A stretch of 64,000 bases of DNA from an uncultured Verrucomicrobiae bacterium (lineage in GTDB: Bacteria; Verrucomicrobiota; Verrucomicrobiia; Chthoniobacterales; JAATET01): positions 64,001 through 128,000 of the forward strand of contig CAVRCI010000014.1 in the NCBI GenBank assembly GCA_963719495.1, in the 5' to 3' direction. A program made the translations under genes and the position numbers. The notes below the pieces were generated by a model. That model had not been told where the DNA came from. It searched no databases and saw only the letters and a program-made list of their open reading frames with translations. Shown here in pieces: positions 19,703 through 27,091 of this stretch (positions are counted from its first letter, which is position 1; each line of letters opens with the position of its first letter).

Positions 19703-21064
19703 ATGACGACGGCCCCACGATTTTCTTCCGAATACCCCCGCTCCGAAATCTACCGCGTCTTTGTCAACGGGACGGAGGTCCCGACGCTCTCCTGCGACGG
19801 CGCTGATTTCGCCGAGTGGACCGCGGATCCTGACGAGGAAATCCGGGTCGAAATCTGGGTATCCAAAACGTTGGGGGAAGGCGGCAAACCCTTCACGGTG
19901 CGGCCCCGCCGACTGACGACTCCCGTCACCCAGACGGGGGATCGGCTGGAATTCACTCTCGAAGGACCCGGGCGAAGATTGCTCGAACCCGCGTCTCAAA
20001 AGATTCGAGGTCTCGCGCTTTTCGTGGGCCCGCCGATGGAGCGAAGCGAACCGCCATCACCGAAAGATGGCGGGCGGCTGCATCGCTTCGCGGCTGGACA
20101 GATTCACGACGTCGGCTGCTTCACGCTCGGCGCCGGTGACGTGCTTTGGATCGAGCGGGGCGCGATTCTGCGCGGGTGTCTGATCGCGGAGGGCGACGAT
20201 GTGTTCATCGGAGGTGGGGGCATTCTCGACGTGGACCGACGGGCGTGGGGAACGAAACACGGTCGCGGGCTACTCGCCCGCTATTGCAGCCGGTTGCGGA
20301 TCGATGGTTTGACGGTCATCAATCCAGGCTGCTGGATGGTGATGATCGGAGGATCGACGGATTCCCGGCTTTCCAATCTGCGCCTGCTCGGTTCCGGTCC
20401 CGCGACGGACGGCGTGGATGTGGTGGGTAGCTCGCGGATCGTCGTCGAGGATGTGTTCTGCGTGAACGGGGACGACTGCCTCGTGGTCAAGGCCTTCGCC
20501 GGCTACGAAGATAGCCTCGGCGACGGTGGGCCGGATTGGCTGGGATTCAGTCGAAACGTCGAGGACGTCGTTTTTCAACGGTGCACCGTGGGGTGTTTCC
20601 TCGGCGGGTCGGCGATGGAAATCGGTCACGAACTCACGGCTCCGCGGGTTCGTGGGGTGACCTTCCGGGAGATTGACGTGCTCTTCGTGCACGATTTTGG
20701 CGCGGTTTTCAGCATTCACGTGGCTGACTCCGCGGAGGTGTCGCGCGTGCGTTACGACGACATTCGGATCGAGCATTGTTTCGATAAGCTGATCGACCTT
20801 CGGGTGCTCCGATCCCGGTGGAGCGAGGCCGCCGAGCGAGGTCGCATCCGGGACGTGCGGTTTGAAAATGTCGACTGGTGGACGCATCCCTACAACGCTG
20901 GGTACACGATGAGTGTGCTCGGCGGATGGGATGAAACCCATCTCGTCGAGGAGATAGCTTTTTCCGATTTCCGGATCGACGGCGAGCGGATCGAGAATAT
21001 CGACCGACTGGACATCCATTCCCGCTACGCTTCGGTTCCCACGCTCGAAGCGCCGCCGAGATGA
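19703..21064 (+). CDS. Pectin-lyase-fold glycoside hydrolase (GH28-like)
   Basis: GGGILD, TDGVD, NGDDCLVVKA and MEIGHE motifs; beta-helix character. Confidence 0.7.
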   Translation: MTTAPRFSSEYPRSEIYRVFVNGTEVPTLSCDGADFAEWTADPDEEIRVEIWVSKTLGEGGKPFTVRPRRLTTPVTQTGDRLEFTLEGPGRRLLEPASQKIRGLALFVGPPMERSEPPSPKDGGRLHRFAAGQIHDVGCFTLGAGDVLWIERGAILRGCLIAEGDDVFIGGGGILDVDRRAWGTKHGRGLLARYCSRLRIDGLTVINPGCWMVMIGGSTDSRLSNLRLLGSGPATDGVDVVGSSRIVVEDVFCVNGDDCLVVKAFAGYEDSLGDGGPDWLGFSRNVEDVVFQRCTVGCFLGGSAMEIGHELTAPRVRGVTFREIDVLFVHDFGAVFSIHVADSAEVSRVRYDDIRIEHCFDKLIDLRVLRSRWSEAAERGRIRDVRFENVDWWTHPYNAGYTMSVLGGWDETHLVEEIAFSDFRIDGERIENIDRLDIHSRYASVPTLEAPPR

Positions 21065-22602
21065 CGCCGATTCAGCCCTGGCGTGAGCATGAGATCGTGC
21101 TGGAAGCGGAGGAATTTGAGGGTGATCCGTATCTCGACGTCGAGGCGTGGATCGACTTCGAACACGAGTGCGGGACAGCTCTGCGCCGTCCGGCCTTCTG
21201 GGACGGCGGGGGCACGTGGCGGGTGCGGTTTGCGTCGCCATTACGCGATGGAATCTGGCGGTGGCGGAGTGGTGGAAACGTAACGGCGTTGGACGGGCGC
21301 GAGGGGACGCTGGAGGTCGTGCCCGGCGAGACCGTCGGTCGATTTGAAGCGCACGGGTTCTGGCACATTCCCGAGGGCGGGCGAAATCTCCTGCATCGCG
21401 ACGGGACGCCCGCGTTGCTGGTGGCGGACACCGCGTGGGCGCTGCCGTGGCGGGCGACGCTCGAGGATTGCGAAGCCTACGCCAAGCGCAGGGCGGAGCA
21501 GGGTTTTAACGCGGCACTGCTGATGACGCTGCAGCCGGATCGGAGGGCGGAGGGGCCGGAGGATCGCGAGGCCGACGGTGGGTTCGCGCGGGCGTTCGAC
21601 GATCTGCCGACGGGAACCCTCCGGCGGTTGCGTCCGCAGTATTTTCGGGAGTTTGATCGACTGGTCGGCGTCCTCGTCGCGCACGGGATCGTGCCGGTCT
21701 ATCAGCCCGTGTTTCACGGGTTCGGCTGGAAGGGACTGGGGACGGCGGGCAACGATGTCTCGCCGGAAGATTACGCCCGCTATTGCCGCTACCTCGTGGC
21801 GCGCTACGGGGCGCGGCCTGCGATTTATCTCGTGCTGGGTGACGGCGATGGCGAGTCCGAGGCGGTGCGTCGGGGCGGCGAGGAGATCGAGCGTTCGGAC
21901 GCCTACGGCCAGCCGACGGGCCTGCACTACGGTCCGCACGGAACGAATCGAAGTTTTCAGGAAGCCGGGTGGGTCGATTTCCAATGGTGCCAGACCGGGC
22001 ACAACGGCGAGCACCTGCCCGAGCGGACGGCGGACTTGTGGCGGAACGAGCCGGTGAAGGCGGTGGCAAATGGCGAGCCGACCTACGAGCGAATCGGCCG
22101 CCCGGACCGGGCGGTCGGTTGGTGGCAGGGGCACGAGGCGTGGTGCAACCTGTGCGCGGGCGGGACGATGGGGGTGGTCTACGGAGCGGGGAGTCTTTGG
22201 CAATGGAAGCTGCACCGCGACGAGCCGGGGCACCCGGAGTGGGCGATGGCTGCGAAAGCGGATTGGCGCGACGCGCTGGAATTCGAAGGCGCGAATTACG
22301 TCGGGCACGTGGGGCGGATCCTCGCCGGGATGGAATTCGACGGCATGGCACCAACTTGGAGTTTCACGTATGGCGGGAGGGCGCTGGCGGTCTCGGGGAA
22401 GTTCTTTCTCATCTACCTCGAACGGGGGGGCGATTGCACGATCCGCAGCGAAGCGGTCCCGCGGAGCTACCGGATATTTGACCCCCGGACGGGCGTCGTC
22501 GTCGCAACGGGCGAATTGGGAGCGGAGCGTCCCGCGCCGGTCTCAACGGGTTCGGAGGATGCGAGAGTCATCGTTTTTGGCGCCCCTCGAAGCGGCGGGT
22601 AG
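21061..22602 (+). CDS. DUF5060/DUF4038 domain protein (apiosidase/GH140-like hydrolase)
   Basis: PAFWDGGGTWRVRF, ADTAW, QGFNA, YLVARYGA, QTGH, NGEPTYE, YGAGSLWQW. Confidence 0.75.
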   Translation: MTPIQPWREHEIVLEAEEFEGDPYLDVEAWIDFEHECGTALRRPAFWDGGGTWRVRFASPLRDGIWRWRSGGNVTALDGREGTLEVVPGETVGRFEAHGFWHIPEGGRNLLHRDGTPALLVADTAWALPWRATLEDCEAYAKRRAEQGFNAALLMTLQPDRRAEGPEDREADGGFARAFDDLPTGTLRRLRPQYFREFDRLVGVLVAHGIVPVYQPVFHGFGWKGLGTAGNDVSPEDYARYCRYLVARYGARPAIYLVLGDGDGESEAVRRGGEEIERSDAYGQPTGLHYGPHGTNRSFQEAGWVDFQWCQTGHNGEHLPERTADLWRNEPVKAVANGEPTYERIGRPDRAVGWWQGHEAWCNLCAGGTMGVVYGAGSLWQWKLHRDEPGHPEWAMAAKADWRDALEFEGANYVGHVGRILAGMEFDGMAPTWSFTYGGRALAVSGKFFLIYLERGGDCTIRSEAVPRSYRIFDPRTGVVVATGELGAERPAPVSTGSEDARVIVFGAPRSGG

Positions 22603-22636
22603 GGAAAGATTTGGCTGATGAGGCGGCGGTCGTTGA

Positions 22637-22777
22637 TCATTCCGCCTCCCACGAATCCGTGCGGAAAGGTTCGGCGGGGAGAAACGAACTCCCGACAAGG
22701 TTGGCGATCGGGTTCTTCGCCCACGCGTAGCGAACGGCGACCGGACGCGGGATCCCGGGATGCGAGACGAACACCTC
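22637..22777 (-). pseudogene. 3' remnant of a sialate O-acetylesterase-family gene
   Basis: Translates [46 protein letters not shown], the characteristic [12 protein letters not shown]....LPA.PFRTD C-terminus; cut off exactly at the repeat array. Confidence 0.75.
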
Positions 22778-22837
22778 GAAGAGGGGTCGAAGAGGGGTCG
22801 TCGAAGGGGGGTCGGTCATTCATATGGACCTATTTAG
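22778..22837 (+). repeat. Truncated left-end copies of the 126-bp element (gaagaggggtc x2 and a 35-bp partial copy)
   Basis: gaagaggggtc at 22778 and 22789; gaaggggggtcggtcattcatatggacctatttag at 22803-22837. Confidence 0.9.
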
Positions 22838-22838
22838 T

Positions 22839-22964
22839 GAAGAGGGGTCGGTCATTCATATGGACCTATTTAGGATTCTGAGGATGTTCGATTCAAGGGG
22901 TTCGAAATACTTCAGCCGACCGGCGCAATTTGCAAATGTGTCAATATGAATGACCGACCCCTTC
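22839..22964. mobile_element. 126-bp MITE/REPIN-like element, copy 1 (intact)
   Basis: 19-bp perfect terminal inverted repeat aggggtcggtcattcatat / atatgaatgaccgacccct; near-identical to copies at 23114, 25101 and 26865. Confidence 0.85.
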
Positions 22965-22988
22965 GCCGGTGACTCGTTTTTCCAAGGG

Positions 22989-23113
22989 TATGAACGGGAA
23001 CATGGGTTACTGATAAACCGACCACATGGGTAACACTTAGAGGGTTAGCTTTCATGGCTTGCGGGAGCAAGCTTTGACTCCCAACGCTCGGCGTAGGCCG
23101 GAGGCCGAAGCCG
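22989..23113. mobile_element. Possible IS terminal fragment (IS481-like end) between array units
   Basis: Direct repeats acatgggttac (23000-23010) and acatgggtaac (23024-23034) at 24-bp spacing resemble iterated transposase-binding sites; family call from memory only. Confidence 0.35.
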
Positions 23114-23230
23114 GAAGAGGGGTCGGTCATTCATATGGACCTATTTAGGATTCTGAGGATGTTCGATTCAAGGGGTTCGAAATACTTCAGCCGACCGGCG
23201 CAATTTGCAAATGTGCCAATATGAATGACC
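23114..23230. mobile_element. 126-bp element copy 2, interrupted by IS110; its last 9 bp lie at 24825-24833
   Basis: First 117 bp match copy 1 (one substitution); gaccccttc resumes after the IS. Confidence 0.85.
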
Positions 23231-23529
23231 TCTCTGAAAAAAGGGTCGAAGGGCTGTCAAGGGTCTAATTTAGAGGGTTCTTGGCCCGAGTGGGGCGGGG
23301 AACGCAGAAGAAAGCGCCCAATGGGTGACCATCAGGGCAGGGAAAAGCGCGGGCTCTTACATCGAGGGAAGGAGCCTGTAAACTTGGGACGATAGCGATG
23401 CTGGAATCACACTTCTCTGCGGGGCGGGCACTTCTGGCCCCCATCCATTGTGGCGATCAGATCCCCAGCCCTCCATCCTGACCCAAGGTGCGCCGACTAA
23501 GTGCTAAGACTTAGCGACCAACCAGTCGT
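23231..23529 (-). ncRNA. Putative bridge/seek RNA region of IS110 copy 1
   Basis: Non-coding 3' end containing cctgaccc (target match, 23477-23484) and cttctctg (donor-end match, 23412-23419). Confidence 0.6.
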
Positions 23530-24741
23530 TCATTGGAGCGGCTGGGGAAATTGTTTTCGAGAAGATCGACGTTTGCGTCCCTGGCGTGTTTTCGGGGTTT
23601 TCATGTCTTCAATTTTTTCCTTGGCCAGGCCGGATCGGGAAGGCGTTTGCCCGTCCGCGTCACGGCGCTGGCTTCGGAGCTTTTGGGATTCAGGAAAGTT
23701 CGTGTAGGAACGCCCCTGGGTCAAGAGGCTCCAGGTGATTCGGGCCATCCGGCGGGCGGTGGCCAGAATGGCGGTGTTGGCTTTCTTGCCGTGAGCGCGT
23801 TTGTTTTTGTAGTAGTCGCCGAAGTAGGGCGAGCAGCCAACGGCTACCCAGGCGGCCTCGACGAAGGCCCAACGCAGCCACTTGTTGCACTGGGGCAGCA
23901 GGCGTCCGTGGTAGGTCTTACCGCCGCTGCTGCTCGTCGCCGGGCAGAGTCCCGCGTAGCCGCAGAGCTTCTGCGCGGAGGCAAAGCGCGAGATGTCGTC
24001 GATCTCGGCGACGACAACCGCGGCGAGGATGGGTCCCATCCCGGGGAGACTGCAGACGTGGGTGAGCTCGGGGCTTTGGCTCATGAGATCTTTGAGCGCT
24101 GCCTCGTCTTGGCGGATGCGAGCGACCAACTCGTTGTGGAGGGCGAGTTGCTGGGTCAGGAGCATGCCTGCTGGTTCGGGCAACTCGAGCTTCTCCAGAA
24201 AACTCAGTCCCTTCTTGCCGAAGAGGTCGCTGCAGACAGGAAGTTTAAGTTCGTGCTGCCCACCAAGTAACCGGTGGATGCGGTTGCGCAGCATCGTGCG
24301 TTGGCGCACGAAGAAACAGCGCTGGCGCAGCACGTTCTTGATGTCGCGGGTCTCGCGACTGGGGATGTGGACGCTCGAAATCAAATTGGCCCGCAACAGA
24401 TTGGCCAACGCTCGGGCGTCGATCTTATCGGTCTTGATTTGGGCCTCGGCGATGATCCGCGTCTTAAACGGGTTGGCCAACACGATGTTCTCGGCGGGCA
24501 TCACCTGCTCGAGAATCTCGTAGAGCCAGTGCCAGTTCATGCTCGCTTCGAAGACGATCCGGCACCCCGGCCACCGCTCGACGAGCCGCCCAAAATCTCC
24601 GCTGATCGCGTGCTCGATGCGCCCTTGGCCGAGCACCTCGCCGTGGCCATCAACCACGCAATAGACGCTGTATCGCTTGTGATAATCGATGCCAATGAAG
24701 CTCGATTCCGTCGGTAGGCTTTTTGGTTGGGTTTTCATCAC
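23530..24741 (-). CDS. IS110-family transposase/recombinase
   Basis: DEDD RuvC residues in IGIDYHK, VFEAS and KTDKIDA; Tnp20 domain LPGMGPILA, YAGLCP..SSSGG, LRWAFVEAA. Confidence 0.95.
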   Translation of the reverse strand: MMKTQPKSLPTESSFIGIDYHKRYSVYCVVDGHGEVLGQGRIEHAISGDFGRLVERWPGCRIVFEASMNWHWLYEILEQVMPAENIVLANPFKTRIIAEAQIKTDKIDARALANLLRANLISSVHIPSRETRDIKNVLRQRCFFVRQRTMLRNRIHRLLGGQHELKLPVCSDLFGKKGLSFLEKLELPEPAGMLLTQQLALHNELVARIRQDEAALKDLMSQSPELTHVCSLPGMGPILAAVVVAEIDDISRFASAQKLCGYAGLCPATSSSGGKTYHGRLLPQCNKWLRWAFVEAAWVAVGCSPYFGDYYKNKRAHGKKANTAILATARRMARITWSLLTQGRSYTNFPESQKLRSQRRDADGQTPSRSGLAKEKIEDMKTPKTRQGRKRRSSRKQFPQPLQ

Positions 24742-24833
24742 CCCAACCTACACCATTCATTTTATCAGGCTCTCCGGGCCCCACTTCCCAGCAACGCTCT
24801 ATTCATCAGCCTTTCATGCCGCCTGACCCCTTC

Positions 24834-25099
24834 GCCGGTGACTCGTTTTTCCAAGGGGCCCCCATTGATTTGAACGCGAGGACGAGACGTCCTCCCCCCG
24901 TTTTCGGCAACTCTCCAGGCGCTTCGAAGATGCGCTACGCGGTCACGGTAAGCGACGCCGACAGCGTGGCCGTCGAATCCTCGCCGCACCAGACCGTGAA
25001 CTCGCCCGGCTCGAGCAGCCATTTGCTGGTAGGCGAGAAATAGCCGAGCTCTTCCGCGCCCAATTCGAACGTCACCTCGCGTGCCTCGCCCGGCTGAAG
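24834..25099. repeat. 266-bp duplicate of 26991-27256, including the last ~55 codons of the GH3 gene
   Basis: Aligned by eye; about 5 substitutions. Confidence 0.92.
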
Positions 25100-25100
25100 T

Positions 25101-25217
25101 GAAGAGGGGTCGGTCATTCATATGGACCTATTTAGGATTCTGAGGATGTTCGATTCAAGGGGTTCGAAATACTTCAGCCGACCGGCGCAATTTGCAAATG
25201 TGTCAATATGAATGACC
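25101..25217. mobile_element. 126-bp element copy 3, interrupted by IS110; its last 9 bp lie at 26812-26820
   Basis: Identical to the first 117 bp of copy 1. Confidence 0.85.
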
Positions 25218-25516
25218 TCTCTGAAAAAAGGGTCGAAGGGCTGTCAAGGGTCTAATTTAGAGGGTTCTTGGACCGAGTGGGGCATGGGACGCAGAAGAAA
25301 GCGCCCAATGGGTGACCATCAGGGCAGGGAAAAGCGCGGGCTCTTACATTAAGGGAAGGAGCCTGTAAACTTGGGACGATAGCGATGCTGGAATCACACT
25401 TCTCTGCGGGGCGGGCACTTCTGGCCCCCATCCATTGTGGCGATCAGATCCCCAGCCCTCCATCCTGACCCAAGGTGCGCCGACTAAGTGCTAAGACTTA
25501 GCGACCAACCAGTCGT
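25218..25516 (-). ncRNA. Putative bridge/seek RNA region of IS110 copy 2
   Basis: Same as copy 1 apart from six substitutions. Confidence 0.6.
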
Positions 25517-26728
25517 TCATTGGAGCGGCTGGGGAAATTGTTTTCGAGAAGATCGACGTTTGCGTCCCTGGCGTGTTTTCGGGGTTTTCATGTCTTCAAT
25601 TTTTTCCTTGGCCAGGCCGGATCGGGAAGGCGTTTGCCCGTCCGCGTCACGGCGCTGGCTTCGGAGCTTTTGGGATTCAGGAAAGTTCGTGTAGGAACGC
25701 CCCTGGGTCAAGAGGCTCCAGGTGATTCGGGCCATCCGGCGGGCGGTGGCCAGAATGGCGGTGTTGGCTTTCTTGCCGTGAGCGCGTTTGTTTTTGTAGT
25801 AGTCGCCGAAGTAGGGCGAGCAGCCAACGGCTACCCAGGCGGCCTCGACGAAGGCCCAACGCAGCCACTTGTTGCACTGGGGCAGCAGGCGTCCGTGGTA
25901 GGTCTTACCGCCGCTGCTGCTCGTCGCCGGGCAGAGTCCCGCGTAGCCGCAGAGCTTCTGCGCGGAGGCAAAGCGCGAGATGTCGTCGATCTCGGCGACG
26001 ACAACCGCGGCGAGGATGGGTCCCATCCCGGGGAGACTGCAGACGTGGGTGAGCTCGGGGCTTTGGCTCATGAGATCTTTGAGCGCTGCCTCGTCTTGGC
26101 GGATGCGAGCGACCAACTCGTTGTGGAGGGCGAGTTGCTGGGTCAGGAGCATGCCTGCTGGTTCGGGCAACTCGAGCTTCTCCAGAAAACTCAGTCCCTT
26201 CTTGCCGAAGAGGTCGCTGCAGACAGGAAGTTTAAGTTCGTGCTGCCCACCAAGTAACCGGTGGATGCGGTTGCGCAGCATCGTGCGTTGGCGCACGAAG
26301 AAACAGCGCTGGCGCAGCACGTTCTTGATGTCGCGGGTCTCGCGACTGGGGATGTGGACGCTCGAAATCAAATTGGCCCGCAACAGATTGGCCAACGCTC
26401 GGGCGTCGATCTTATCGGTCTTGATTTGGGCCTCGGCGATGATCCGCGTCTTAAACGGGTTGGCCAACACGATGTTCTCGGCGGGCATCACCTGCTCGAG
26501 AATCTCGTAGAGCCAGTGCCAGTTCATGCTCGCTTCGAAGACGATCCGGCACCCCGGCCACCGCTCGACGAGCCGCCCAAAATCTCCGCTGATCGCGTGC
26601 TCGATGCGCCCTTGGCCGAGCACCTCGCCGTGGCCATCAACCACGCAATAGACGCTGTATCGCTTGTGATAATCGATGCCAATGAAGCTCGATTCCGTCG
26701 GTAGGCTTTTTGGTTGGGTTTTCATCAC
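25517..26728 (-). CDS. IS110-family transposase/recombinase
   Basis: Protein identical to 23530-24741. Confidence 0.95.
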   Translation of the reverse strand: MMKTQPKSLPTESSFIGIDYHKRYSVYCVVDGHGEVLGQGRIEHAISGDFGRLVERWPGCRIVFEASMNWHWLYEILEQVMPAENIVLANPFKTRIIAEAQIKTDKIDARALANLLRANLISSVHIPSRETRDIKNVLRQRCFFVRQRTMLRNRIHRLLGGQHELKLPVCSDLFGKKGLSFLEKLELPEPAGMLLTQQLALHNELVARIRQDEAALKDLMSQSPELTHVCSLPGMGPILAAVVVAEIDDISRFASAQKLCGYAGLCPATSSSGGKTYHGRLLPQCNKWLRWAFVEAAWVAVGCSPYFGDYYKNKRAHGKKANTAILATARRMARITWSLLTQGRSYTNFPESQKLRSQRRDADGQTPSRSGLAKEKIEDMKTPKTRQGRKRRSSRKQFPQPLQ

Positions 26729-26864
26729 CCCAACCTACACCATTCATTTTATCAGGCTCTCCGGGCCCCACTTCCCAGCAACGCTCTATTCATCAGCCTT
26801 TCATGCCGCCTGACCCCTTCGTGTGTCCGGAGCCTCTGGTGGCGGGGGAAGTGGGGGAGTTTTC

Positions 26865-26990
26865 GAAGAGGGGTCGGTCATTCATATGGACCTATTTAGG
26901 ATTCTGAGGATGTTCGATTCAAGGGGTTCGAAATACTTCAGCCGACCGGCGCAATTTGCAAATGTGTCAATATGAATGACCGACCCCTTC
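26865..26990. mobile_element. 126-bp element copy 4 (intact)
   Basis: Identical to 22839-22964. Confidence 0.85.
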
Positions 26991-27091
26991 GCCGGTGACT
27001 CGTTTTTCCAAGGGGCCCCCATTGATTTGAGTGCGTGGACGAGACGTCCTCCCCCCGTTTTCGGCAACTCTCCAGGCGCTTCGAAGATGCG

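Larger units (their letters stand above)
23231..24824 (-). mobile_element. IS110-family insertion sequence, copy 1 (about 1594 bp)
   Basis: Boundaries defined by interruption of the 126-bp element; CCT at both junctions; about 300-bp non-coding region 3' of the transposase. Confidence 0.9.
25218..26811 (-). mobile_element. IS110-family insertion sequence, copy 2
   Basis: Offset 1987 bp from copy 1; same junctions; identical protein. Confidence 0.9.

Noticed and set aside
23231..23260. IS110 circle-junction promoter and sub-terminal inverted repeats
   Set aside because: A minus-strand TTGACA is present but has no convincing -10 at 17 bp; the candidate IR (gaagggctg / cagcctttc) is only 8/9 and asymmetrically placed.
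22778..26990. CRISPR array
   Set aside because: The repeat is 126 bp with terminal inverted repeats, intervening segments range from 0 to over 260 bp, and no cas genes are visible.
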